Assembly: GCA_964631405.1 (NCBI GenBank)
Contig: CAZVYB010000001.1
Coordinates: 4,435-68,434, forward strand
From: an uncultured Lachnospiraceae bacterium
Lineage (GTDB): Bacteria; Bacillota; Clostridia; Christensenellales; UBA1242
DNA length: 64,000 nucleotides
Reading direction: 5' to 3'
Positions 1 to 8,434 of the stretch are shown one piece after another. The translations under genes were made by a program, and so were the position numbers. Each line of letters opens with the position of its first letter. Within the stretch, counting starts at the first letter, position 1. The notes beneath the pieces were generated by a model that saw nothing but the letters and a program-made list of their open reading frames with translations, made no database searches and was not told the DNA's origin.

Positions 1-638
1 GCGTTGACCTTTTGATAGGCGTCAAAGATATGGAGAAGGAGGAGTTTTTGGCAGAAATTGACCTTTTGGCAGGCCTTGGCATAACACATATTTCAACATA
101 TATGTTGCAGGTGGAGAGGGGGACGCCTCTTGCCAAAATGACCGAAAGAGAGAAAATCTTGCCCGATGATGACGAATGCATTGATGTTTACAACGCCACC
201 GCAAAAAGACTGAAACAACATGGCTTTGGGCAATATGAGGTGTCGAACTTTGCCAAAGGGGGGCGAGAGTGCAGACATAATCAAAAATATTGGACGGGCG
301 AGGACTATATCGGTTTTGGGTTGTCCGCCCATTCGTATATAGATGGCACAAGATGGGCAAATTCGGGAATTTTTGCCCATTATTATGCTGGCAAACCTGC
401 CATGAAGGAAGAATTGACGAAGGAGCAACGCATCACCGAACATATTATGCTTGGGCTCAGATGCAACAGCGGGGTGAACAAACAATATCTTGTCACGCTT
501 GGCTATGATATCGAAAAATGCAAAGACCTTGCCATATTTATTGAACGAGGGGTTATCAAAGAGGAGGGCGATAGGCTTTTTCTTAATCCCGAATATTATG
601 GCGTAAACAATTTTGTGATTGTTCAACTTTTGCCATAA
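1..638 (+). CDS. hemW: HemN/HemW-family radical SAM protein, C-terminal part (5' end outside window)
   Basis: Frame open to window edge, stop TAA 636-638; HemN_C-like motif RHNQKYWTGEDYIGFGLSAHSY. Confidence 0.7.
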   Translation, partial: VDLLIGVKDMEKEEFLAEIDLLAGLGITHISTYMLQVERGTPLAKMTEREKILPDDDECIDVYNATAKRLKQHGFGQYEVSNFAKGGRECRHNQKYWTGEDYIGFGLSAHSYIDGTRWANSGIFAHYYAGKPAMKEELTKEQRITEHIMLGLRCNSGVNKQYLVTLGYDIEKCKDLAIFIERGVIKEEGDRLFLNPEYYGVNNFVIVQLLP

Positions 639-662
639 ATTTGAAAAAACTTCAAAAAACAC

Positions 663-691
663 TTGCAATATTTTGCGTAGTATGCTAATAT
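663..691 (+). promoter_or_regulatory. Sigma-A-type promoter upstream of ylxM-ffh
   Basis: TTGCAA (663-668), 17-nt spacer, TAATAT (686-691); followed by 7-bp hairpin GTAAAGC/GCTTTAC at 697-716. Confidence 0.45.
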
Positions 692-726
692 ATGGTGTAA
701 AGCAAAAATGCTTTACAAAAATCATT

Positions 727-1017
727 ATGAAAGTTGAAGAAAAAGTTGCATATATCAAACTTTTTGATGCGTATGGCTCACTTCTAAGCGAGGGGCAACA
801 GGAGATTATGGCGTATTATATCAATTTTGATTTCACCGTAACCGAAATTGCCGAAAACTTGGGGGTGTCTAGGCAGGCAGTCAAAGACAGCGTCAGCAAG
901 GCACAAAAAAAACTGCAAGAGTTTGAGGAAAAACTTTCATTTGTCAAAAAAACAGATTTGCTGAATGAAGAAATCAAAAAACTCAAATCACAACTTTCAA
1001 AAAAGAGGGAGCAGTAA
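727..1017 (+). CDS. ylxM: YlxM-family small HTH protein (SRP-operon associated)
   Basis: Position immediately upstream of ffh with TAATG overlap; HTH-like TEIAENLGVSRQAVKDSV; ATG 727 preferred over ORF-track start 619. Confidence 0.75.
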   Translation: MKVEEKVAYIKLFDAYGSLLSEGQQEIMAYYINFDFTVTEIAENLGVSRQAVKDSVSKAQKKLQEFEEKLSFVKKTDLLNEEIKKLKSQLSKKREQ

Positions 1018-2330
1018 TGGCACTATTTTCATCACTATCAGAAAAATTTAACCATATATTCTCCAAACTGACCAAACGAGGCAGACTTACTGAACTTGAA
1101 ATCAAAGAGGCAATGCGTGAGGTAAGAATTGCACTTTTGGAAGCCGATGTCAACTATATGGTGGCAAAAGACTTTGTCAAATCGGTGTCTGAAAAGGCGG
1201 TGGGCGACGAGGTGCTTAAAAGCCTAACTCCTGCCCAACAGGTGATAAAGATTGTAAAGGACGAACTTACAACCCTTATGTCCTCAAACAATCAAAAACT
1301 TGCAATTTCACCAGCACCACCTTCGGTGTATATGCTTTGCGGACTTCAAGGTGCGGGCAAAACGACAATGTGTGCAAAACTGGCGTCACACATCAAAAAG
1401 ACGGGGAAAAGGGTTCTCCTTGTTGCCTGCGATATTTATAGGCCTGCCGCAATCAATCAACTTCAAGTTGTAGGCAAACAGGCAAATGTTGAGGTGTTTG
1501 AGCGTGGTACACAAAACCCAGTAAAAACGGCGAAAGAGGCAATTGCCCACGCAAAAAAACAGGGCTTTGATGTGGTGATAATTGACACTGCGGGCAGACT
1601 TCATATCAATGAAGAGTTGATGGCGGAACTACGCAATATCAAAGCAGAGGTCAAGCCTTGCGAGATTTTGCTCACCGTTGACGCAATGACAGGGCAGGAC
1701 GCAGTGACGGTTGCCGAAAGTTTCAATAAAGAACTTGACATAACAGGCGTCATACTCACAAAACTTGATGGTGATACAAGAGGTGGCTCAGCACTTTCAA
1801 TCAAGGCAATCACAGGCAAGCCAATCAAATTCACGGGCGTAGGCGAAAAGATAGGTGACATAGAACCATTCTATCCAGACCGCATAGCCAGCAGAATTTT
1901 GGGTATGGGCGATGTGCTTTCACTTATTGAAAAGGCACAAGAGGCGGTCAGTGAAGAGCAAGCGAAAGAAATGGAAAAGAAATTTCGCGAAAATTCATTC
2001 ACCTTTGATGACTATCTTATGCAACTAGAAAGCATCAAAAAAATGGGAAATCTAAAAGATGTTTTGGGCATGATTCCCGGGCTTGGCAATAAACTGAAAA
2101 ATATTGATATTGATGAGGGGCAACTTGCAGTCAATAAGGCAATCATTCAGTCTATGACGCCAGCCGAAAGACGAAACCCAGAAATCATCAAAGCAAGTCG
2201 CAGACAGCGAATTGCAAAGGGAAGCGGGACATCAATCCAACAGGTCAACGCACTACTGAAACAGTTTGAACAGTCGAAGGAAATGTTCAAGCAGATGCGA
2301 AGCGGGAAATTTAAAAAGATGTTCGGTTAA
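1017..2330 (+). CDS. ffh: Signal recognition particle protein Ffh (SRP54)
   Basis: GTPase motifs GLQGAGKTT, DTAGR, TKLDGD; Met-rich C-terminal M domain; conserved ylxM-ffh-rpsP context. Confidence 0.97.
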   Translation: MALFSSLSEKFNHIFSKLTKRGRLTELEIKEAMREVRIALLEADVNYMVAKDFVKSVSEKAVGDEVLKSLTPAQQVIKIVKDELTTLMSSNNQKLAISPAPPSVYMLCGLQGAGKTTMCAKLASHIKKTGKRVLLVACDIYRPAAINQLQVVGKQANVEVFERGTQNPVKTAKEAIAHAKKQGFDVVIIDTAGRLHINEELMAELRNIKAEVKPCEILLTVDAMTGQDAVTVAESFNKELDITGVILTKLDGDTRGGSALSIKAITGKPIKFTGVGEKIGDIEPFYPDRIASRILGMGDVLSLIEKAQEAVSEEQAKEMEKKFRENSFTFDDYLMQLESIKKMGNLKDVLGMIPGLGNKLKNIDIDEGQLAVNKAIIQSMTPAERRNPEIIKASRRQRIAKGSGTSIQQVNALLKQFEQSKEMFKQMRSGKFKKMFG

Positions 2331-2385
2331 TGACGGTATATCATTGCAAAGCAATTTAATATACAAAATAATATAGGAGGAAAAC

Positions 2386-2634
2386 ATGGCAGTTAAAATC
2401 AGACTTACAAGAATGGGAGATAAGAAAGCACCATTTTATAGAGTGATTGTTGCAGATTCTCGTGCACCAAGAGATGGCAAATTTATTGACATCATCGGCA
2501 CATACAATCCACTTACAAACCCTGCTGAAATCAAGATTGACAACGAGAAGGCAAAAACTTGGCTCAAAAACGGCGCAACTCCAACAGAAACAGCAAAACA
2601 ACTTCTTGTAAAAAGTGGCGTTATTGAAAAATAA
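2386..2634 (+). CDS. rpsP: 30S ribosomal protein S16
   Basis: [12 protein letters not shown]-terminus typical of S16; GGAGG RBS upstream; conserved position after ffh. Confidence 0.95.
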   Translation: MAVKIRLTRMGDKKAPFYRVIVADSRAPRDGKFIDIIGTYNPLTNPAEIKIDNEKAKTWLKNGATPTETAKQLLVKSGVIEK

Positions 2635-2643
2635 GGAGAGGAC

Positions 2644-2874
2644 ATGAAAGATATTGTTGAATATATCGTAAAAAGCCTTGTTATAGAAAAGGACAGCGTC
2701 CGTGTTGAGGAAAGCGAAGAAAATGGGGAAACAATCCTTCATGTTTTTGTCGCCGAAGACGATATGGGACGAGTGATTGGCAAAGGCGGAAAGGTTGCTT
2801 CAAGCATCAGAGCAATCATCAAGTCAATTTCTTCAAGACAAAACAAAAAGGTGTTTGTCAAGTTTGGAGAATAA
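2644..2874 (+). CDS. khpA: KH-domain RNA-binding protein (KhpA/YlqC family)
   Basis: 76 aa, KH core GRVIGKGGKVASSIRAI; conserved position between rpsP and rimM. Confidence 0.85.
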   Translation: MKDIVEYIVKSLVIEKDSVRVEESEENGETILHVFVAEDDMGRVIGKGGKVASSIRAIIKSISSRQNKKVFVKFGE

Positions 2875-2875
2875 T

Positions 2876-3361
2876 TTGCTGGAAATCGCAAAAATCGTAA
2901 AACCGCAGGGGATAAAAGGAGAGGTCAAAGCCATTCCTTCAACCAATGTGGTTGAGGTCTTTTCAGGACTTCAAGAATGCCTTGTCGGGAAGAGAACTAT
3001 GCATATCCAGCATATTGCTTTCAGACAGGGCTTTTTGTATATCAAGTTCAAAGAGGTTAATACTCGAAATGATGCAGAACTTGAAAGAGGAAATGCGATT
3101 TTGATTGACCGCTCACTTCTTGCAGAGGCAAAGGAAGATGACGAATTTTTTGTTGAAGAACTGATTGGCATGGTGGTCTATGACGACGCTGGCGAAATGG
3201 TGGGACAGATAATCAATGTCCTCAATTATGGTGCAAGCGATATTTTAGTGTTTGAGAAGGAACATAGAATTTCCGAGGCCCCATATGTGCAAGATGTTTT
3301 CTATCGTGAGGGCGATAAACTTGTTGCAAGGGCGGATAAACTGAAAGAGGTTTTGATATGA
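2876..3361 (+). CDS. rimM: 16S rRNA processing protein RimM
   Basis: N-terminus LLEIAKIVKPQGIKGEVKA typical of RimM; TTG 2876 with GGAGA 5 nt upstream chosen, since the ORF-track start 2777 overlaps khpA; stop overlaps trmD start (ATGA). Confidence 0.85.
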   Translation: MLEIAKIVKPQGIKGEVKAIPSTNVVEVFSGLQECLVGKRTMHIQHIAFRQGFLYIKFKEVNTRNDAELERGNAILIDRSLLAEAKEDDEFFVEELIGMVVYDDAGEMVGQIINVLNYGASDILVFEKEHRISEAPYVQDVFYREGDKLVARADKLKEVLI

Positions 3362-4020
3362 AAATTGATATTTTGACCCTCTTCCCAGAAAGTTTTTCAT
3401 ACCTGAATTCAAGCATTTTGAAGAGGGCACAAGATAGCGGAAAACTTGAAATCAATTTGATTGATATTCGAGAATTTTCAAAAAATAAACATAAAAAATG
3501 TGATGACCAACCTTTTGGCGGTGGTGCGGGTATGCTTATGACTCCACAGCCAATTTATGACGCCGTCAAAAGCGTACAGAAAGAAAACTCACATATCGTT
3601 TTTCCAAGCCCAAGCGGTCAAAATCTCTCCCCAACAATCGCACAAGAACTTGCAAAGAAGGAGCACCTTATTTTCATTTGCGGACACTATGAAGGCATAG
3701 ACCAACGAGTGCTAGACCTTTTGTCACCTCAGGAAATTTCTGTAGGCGACTATGTTTTGACGGGGGGAGAACTGCCAAGCATGGTGATAATTGACTGCCT
3801 TTCAAGATTTATAGACGGGGTGATTTCAAAGGAGAGTTTGACAGAGGAAAGTTTTTCGGCTGGCAATTTGGAATATCCTCAATATACAAGACCTCAGGTT
3901 TTTGAAGGACTGCCAGTTCCAGAAGTTTTGCTTTCTGGCAATCATGCCCAAATTGCAAAGTGGCGTGCCGAAGAGAGCGAAAAAAGGACAAAATCTCGTC
4001 GCCCAGATTTAATAAAATAG
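3358..4020 (+). CDS. trmD: tRNA (guanine37-N1)-methyltransferase TrmD
   Basis: MKIDILTLFPE start, GGGAGMLM and GHYEGIDQRV motifs of TrmD/SPOUT. Confidence 0.95.
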   Translation: MKIDILTLFPESFSYLNSSILKRAQDSGKLEINLIDIREFSKNKHKKCDDQPFGGGAGMLMTPQPIYDAVKSVQKENSHIVFPSPSGQNLSPTIAQELAKKEHLIFICGHYEGIDQRVLDLLSPQEISVGDYVLTGGELPSMVIIDCLSRFIDGVISKESLTEESFSAGNLEYPQYTRPQVFEGLPVPEVLLSGNHAQIAKWRAEESEKRTKSRRPDLIK

Positions 4021-4099
4021 ATTTTTTGCCCCCAAAAACAAAAAAACGGGGGGATTTGTCAAAATAAAAAAAAACAAAGAGAAAATAAAGGAGGGATTT

Positions 4100-4915
4100 A
4101 TGAAACTGAATTGGTTTCCCGGGCATATGAAAAAAACACTTGCAGAAATTCGCACAAAACTTGCCAATATTGATGTGGTGATTTATGTGCTTGACTCTCG
4201 TGCACCAATTTCTTCAATAAACCCAAGCCTTGATAGACTTTCACAAAATAAACCCGTCCTTTATGTGTTTAATAAACTTGACCTTGCCGATGAAAAAAGG
4301 GTGAGAGAACTTGCGGGGGCATATCGAGGAGAGAAAAAAGATTATGTCCTTCTCAATAGCACCATGTCTGGGGCAAGCAAGATAATAAGACAAAAACTTG
4401 CCTCTCTTGCAAAAGAGAAGATTGAAAAGTTTTTGAAAAAGGGGATAAAAACAGTTGTTCGAGCAATTGTTGTAGGTGTTCCAAACTCTGGCAAAAGCAC
4501 CCTTGTCAACAACCTTTGCGGAAAGGCAAAGGCTGTGACGGGCAATCGTGCTGGCGTAACAAAAATGACCCAATGGGTGTCAATTGGCGATAATATTGAA
4601 ATTTGCGATACGCCCGGAACTTTGTATCCAAATCTTGAAGAGCAGGAAATCGCAAAAAAACTGCTTTTTATCGGAAGTATCAAAGATGAAATCGTGGCGG
4701 ATACGGCAGAACTTGCCGAGGAACTTATCAAACTGCTTGAAAAAATCAAGCCAAATGTTTGCAAAGAAAGATATGGTGAAAACCTGTCACTTGACGCAAT
4801 TGCAAAAAAGAGGGGCTTTGTTGTAAGCGGTGGAGAACTTGATATATATCGCACAGCAAACGCCGTGATTGACGATTTTAGAAAGGGGCGTCTTGGGAAA
4901 ATCACCCTTGACTAA
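4100..4915 (+). CDS. rbgA: Ribosome biogenesis GTPase A (YlqF/RbgA)
   Basis: NWFPGHMKK N-terminus; circularly permuted GTPase order NKLDL (G4) before GVPNSGKST (G1) and DTPG (G3). Confidence 0.9.
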   Translation: MKLNWFPGHMKKTLAEIRTKLANIDVVIYVLDSRAPISSINPSLDRLSQNKPVLYVFNKLDLADEKRVRELAGAYRGEKKDYVLLNSTMSGASKIIRQKLASLAKEKIEKFLKKGIKTVVRAIVVGVPNSGKSTLVNNLCGKAKAVTGNRAGVTKMTQWVSIGDNIEICDTPGTLYPNLEEQEIAKKLLFIGSIKDEIVADTAELAEELIKLLEKIKPNVCKERYGENLSLDAIAKKRGFVVSGGELDIYRTANAVIDDFRKGRLGKITLD

Positions 4916-4921
4916 AAAAAT

Positions 4922-5266
4922 ATGAAAGAATTTAACAAAACCAAAGGAATGCTTGGAGAAATCAAGGCAACCGATTTTTTAAAGAAGAAAAAATACAAAA
5001 TTTTGCAAGAAAACTATACAAACAAAATTGGGGAGATTGACATCATTGCCCAAAAGGACAAAACACTTGTTTTTGTTGAGGTAAAAGCCCGCTCGACTGC
5101 GAAGTTTGGCAGACCATGCGAGGCGGTAAACGCAAGAAAACAAAAACAAATACGCAATGTCGCCCTTGTTTATCTTATCCAACATAAAATCAAAGACACC
5201 CCAGTTCGTTTTGATGTGATTGAAGTGCTTGGCGACGACATTAACCATATTGAAAATGCTTTTTAA
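4922..5266 (+). CDS. yraN: YraN-family (UPF0102) endonuclease-like protein
   Basis: 114 aa; pattern GEIDIIAQKDKTLVFVEVKARS and RFDVIEV typical of the family. Confidence 0.8.
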   Translation: MKEFNKTKGMLGEIKATDFLKKKKYKILQENYTNKIGEIDIIAQKDKTLVFVEVKARSTAKFGRPCEAVNARKQKQIRNVALVYLIQHKIKDTPVRFDVIEVLGDDINHIENAF

Positions 5267-5319
5267 AAAATATGTATATCACAAATCCTTTTTGTCAACA
5301 ATTCTCATAAGGAGAAAAA

Positions 5320-5808
5320 ATGAAGAAGGGATTTTTTGTTTGCTTGCTTGCCGTTTGTCTGTGCCTCTTGTGGGGGTGCGAAAATGCGACAGAACTAAGG
5401 ACTGTATATTTCAACGAAATCACATCGACAGGAAGCGAAAATTATGGAGTGAGGGTGACATTTGCAAGCGATAGCAGACTTGACGGCAAGGGGGTTGATA
5501 TTCAAATAAAATTCAGCAAAATAGGCACAATAACCTTGTGGCAGGAAAATCAAGAGAAATTTGACTATCAAATTGCCGATTATGACGAATGGTTTTCTCT
5601 TACTTCAATCTTTTCAGAGGAAAACCAAGAAAAATTTGTCACTTATGAAAATGTGGTATCAAAAACATATTTGTTTTCAAGCGAAGAAAAAATTGAGGTG
5701 ACATTGCGTGCTGTCGCAGGCGATATTCAAGAAAATGCATACAAAACGGGAGAAATTTTGCTTGATGCAACCCCAATTTCAAATCAATTTATACTAAAAA
5801 TCAAATAA
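5320..5808 (+). CDS. Putative lipoprotein, unknown function
   Basis: Signal peptide MKKGFFVCLLAVCLCLLWGC with lipobox-like LWGC; RBS AGGAGAAAA upstream. Confidence 0.6.
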   Translation: MKKGFFVCLLAVCLCLLWGCENATELRTVYFNEITSTGSENYGVRVTFASDSRLDGKGVDIQIKFSKIGTITLWQENQEKFDYQIADYDEWFSLTSIFSEENQEKFVTYENVVSKTYLFSSEEKIEVTLRAVAGDIQENAYKTGEILLDATPISNQFILKIK

Positions 5809-5835
5809 AAGCACAAAAACGCTTTTATTTTTTTT
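5807..5835 (+). terminator. Rho-independent terminator after lipoprotein gene
   Basis: AAAAGC/GCTTTT hairpin followed by T-run 5828-5835. Confidence 0.5.
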
Positions 5836-5867
5836 GCGTTTATAGTAAAATATAAATAGAGGTTTTT

Positions 5868-6521
5868 ATGCTTAAAGTAAATAATTTGTTTTTGAGATAT
5901 ACAAGAGAGTTCTATGCACTTTATGATATCAATATTGATGTTGCCGACAATGAAAAGGTTGCTTTTGTTGGTCAGGACGAAAGCGGAAAGACAAGCCTTC
6001 TTCGCATTATCGCAAAACTTGAAAAAATGACAAAGGGAGAGGTTTTTGTCCGAGATATTCCAATTGATAAACTTGATTATAAAACAGATATAAGTGCAGG
6101 CTATGTGCCAGCAACACCTGTATTTTTGGAGAAAAAATCGGTTTATGAAAACTTTAAATATATCTTGAAAGGGTGGAACCTCACAAGCACAGAAATTGAA
6201 AATAAAATCAATGATGTGATAATTGAATATTCACTTGAAAAAATCAAGGACACCAAAATCAAAGACCTTTCAATTGAAGAAAAATACGTGCTTTCCCTTA
6301 TAAGACTGACTTTTAGAGAACTTGACCTGCTTCTTGTTGACAACATTTTTGATAAACTCAGCCCGCCAATTTTGGAAGTTGTCATATCACTTATCAAAAC
6401 TCTTGCAACAAAGAAAACAACGCTTATTGTTGCAACCTCGAAAGAAGAAATTGCCGATAAACTTTGCAAACGCAAAATATACTTCAAATATGGCTCAATC
6501 GTAAAAAGCCTTGACCAATAA
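5868..6521 (+). CDS. Orphan ABC-type ATPase with degenerate catalytic motifs
   Basis: Walker A GQDESGKT present. Signature is LSIEEK instead of LSGGQ. Walker B LLLVDN lacks the catalytic Glu. The H-loop His is replaced (ATSK). No permease gene adjacent. Confidence 0.75.
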   Translation: MLKVNNLFLRYTREFYALYDINIDVADNEKVAFVGQDESGKTSLLRIIAKLEKMTKGEVFVRDIPIDKLDYKTDISAGYVPATPVFLEKKSVYENFKYILKGWNLTSTEIENKINDVIIEYSLEKIKDTKIKDLSIEEKYVLSLIRLTFRELDLLLVDNIFDKLSPPILEVVISLIKTLATKKTTLIVATSKEEIADKLCKRKIYFKYGSIVKSLDQ

Positions 6522-6572
6522 TCAAAAGCCCGCCCTCATAATGCCCTTTTGGCAGACGAGTGCGGACTTTTT

Positions 6573-6869
6573 TCATAGCAATATTTCTTCGTCTGGCGGG
6601 GCATCGCTATTTGAAGATACAGAGGAAGTAGGCTTTTTTGAAAGCCCTTCCATTATGCCAGAAAGAGGATTGCCCCCTTTGCCAAGAAGGGAAAGAAGAA
6701 GGGGAAGTACGCCATTCATGTCGCCAGTTTGACCTACTGGCCCCATGCTCTGAGAAAAAGCCTCTTTGGGATAACTTGACATTGAGGGATTGTCAAAAGA
6801 GGGGGTTTGCTTGGGCTGATTTTGGCTATACATCATTTTTAAAAGCATTTCAATCATAGAATTATCCAT
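6573..6869 (-). CDS. Hypothetical small Ser/Pro/Met/Gly-rich protein
   Basis: 98-aa ORF with genome-typical codon choice (many CTT Leu); no clear SD, so coding status uncertain; preferred over two overlapping + strand ORFs. Confidence 0.45.
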   Translation of the reverse strand: MDNSMIEMLLKMMYSQNQPKQTPSFDNPSMSSYPKEAFSQSMGPVGQTGDMNGVLPLLLSLLGKGGNPLSGIMEGLSKKPTSSVSSNSDAPPDEEILL

Positions 6870-6961
6870 ATAAATTTATATTCGCAATCCAAGAAAATGT
6901 TGCATGAAGAAAAAGTGAAACATTTGCTCCAATCTTCATATATTGAAAGGAGAGGTGAAAA

Positions 6962-7231
6962 ATGGCAAGACTTTCGCAGTTTCAAGGGAAAGAAAACAAG
7001 GAAAACGCACAAAAGCAGGCAACAGAGGGGGATATAAAGGCAAAATTTGACCAGTACAAAAATATGTCACAGGAGGAATTGAATGATACCCTTTTTCAAG
7101 AAGTGGCACGACAAAAGCAGGCTGGGACTTTTGACTATGAGGGACTGTCACGCATGGTGGGCAGTTTGAAGGGGGCATTGCCCCCGCAGGACTATGAGAA
7201 TATAAAAAGGCTTCTCGATGGTTTAAGATGA
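6962..7231 (+). CDS. Hypothetical 89-aa protein, translationally coupled to the S8 protease
   Basis: Strong RBS AAAGGAGAGG upstream; stop overlaps next start (ATGA at 7228). Confidence 0.65.
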   Translation: MARLSQFQGKENKENAQKQATEGDIKAKFDQYKNMSQEELNDTLFQEVARQKQAGTFDYEGLSRMVGSLKGALPPQDYENIKRLLDGLR

Positions 7232-8373
7232 ACAAAAACAAGATAGACAGCCAACTTTGCTATATGGTCAGCCTGCTTGACGAAGACAAAAGGTGGGAGT
7301 GTATTGTGCAGACGCATGATTTTTTGCGTACAAAAAATATACTTTTACATAACAATATCAGAATTTTAAATGAATATTTATTCATAAAAGCCTTTCGAGT
7401 CAAAGCCACAAGAGGTCAACTTTCAGCCCTTTCTCATATGGCTCAGGTGAAATATATTTCATCGCTTGCCCGTGTTTCTGCCCAAATGAATGTAGCAAGA
7501 GAAATTTTGGGGATTGAGAGATTGCACCTTTCTGGCGAAGGCGTTAATGTTGCATTTATTGATACCGGAATTGCCAAACATTGTGATTTTTGCTTGGGTG
7601 AAAACCGAATAATATTTTTTAAAGATTTTATTGGTGACAAAAATTCTCCATATGACGACAATGGTCACGGAACATTTGTTGCAGGTGTTTGTGCGGGCAG
7701 TGGGGCAATGTCGGGAGGTCGATTTGCGGGCGTTGCTCCACGATGTAAAATAATCTCACTAAAAGCACTAAATGGCAAGGGTGAAGCGTCGGCTGATAAG
7801 ATTTTGGACGCCATGGCATGGGTGTATGAAAACCAAAAACAATACAATATCAAGGTGGTTTGTATGAGTTTTGGCAGTGAGCCACTCGGGTATAATGACC
7901 CTATTATGAAGGGTGCAGAAATTTTATGGCAGGAGGGGATTGTTGTGGTTGCTGCCGCTGGCAATAGCGGGCCAGATTATGCGACAATCAAAAGCCCGGG
8001 GGTGTCGGGCAAAATAATCACAGTTGGTGGTTTTAATGACAATCGAATAAACGGGAAAGAATATTGTGAAAACTTTTTTGAGATTGCAGATTTTTCATCA
8101 CGAGGACCAGCCTTTCAAAGATTTAAGCCAGATATTGTCGCTCCATCGGTGGATATAATTTCTTGCGACAAAAAAGGTGGATACACCACGCTTAGCGGAA
8201 CATCTGTTGCAACGCCAATGATAGCGGGCGAGGTTGCACTGATCTTTCAAAAATATCCAAACATCTCTCCACAAGAGGTGAAGCGTGCAATTTTGTCGTC
8301 GGCAAAACATATCACATATAATAAAAATTTTGAAGGCTTCGGCTATCCTCAAATTGATAAAATATTGAAATAA
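7228..8373 (+). CDS. Subtilisin-like serine protease (peptidase S8), no signal peptide
   Basis: Catalytic triad contexts FIDTGI (Asp), NGHGTFVAG (His), SGTSVATP (Ser); N-terminal ~90 aa propeptide-like region; no hydrophobic leader. Confidence 0.9.
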   Translation: MNKNKIDSQLCYMVSLLDEDKRWECIVQTHDFLRTKNILLHNNIRILNEYLFIKAFRVKATRGQLSALSHMAQVKYISSLARVSAQMNVAREILGIERLHLSGEGVNVAFIDTGIAKHCDFCLGENRIIFFKDFIGDKNSPYDDNGHGTFVAGVCAGSGAMSGGRFAGVAPRCKIISLKALNGKGEASADKILDAMAWVYENQKQYNIKVVCMSFGSEPLGYNDPIMKGAEILWQEGIVVVAAAGNSGPDYATIKSPGVSGKIITVGGFNDNRINGKEYCENFFEIADFSSRGPAFQRFKPDIVAPSVDIISCDKKGGYTTLSGTSVATPMIAGEVALIFQKYPNISPQEVKRAILSSAKHITYNKNFEGFGYPQIDKILK

Positions 8374-8402
8374 TATAATCAAAAATTTTATTTTAAAATC
8401 AT

Positions 8403-8434
8403 AAAAAAAGGGAAGGCTCGCCTTCCTATTTTTT
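8403..8434. terminator. Bidirectional terminator between S8 protease and murG
   Basis: GGAAGGC/GCCTTCC hairpin flanked by A-run and T-run. Confidence 0.7.

Noticed and set aside
2777-2875. Long N-terminal extensions offered by the ORF track (rimM 2777, deacetylase 14376, CPBP 27476, PAP2 33755, tsaE 34378, L13 56593 and others)
   Set aside because: The extensions overlap upstream genes or lack an RBS. Internal starts with SD-like sequences reproduce the family-typical N-termini.
6511-6859. Plus-strand ORFs 6511-6732 and 6638-6859
   Set aside because: The first overlaps the ABC gene end and a terminator-like hairpin; both have Arg/Cys/Pro-rich shadow-like composition. The minus-strand 6573-6869 ORF has more genome-typical codons, although it is itself uncertain.
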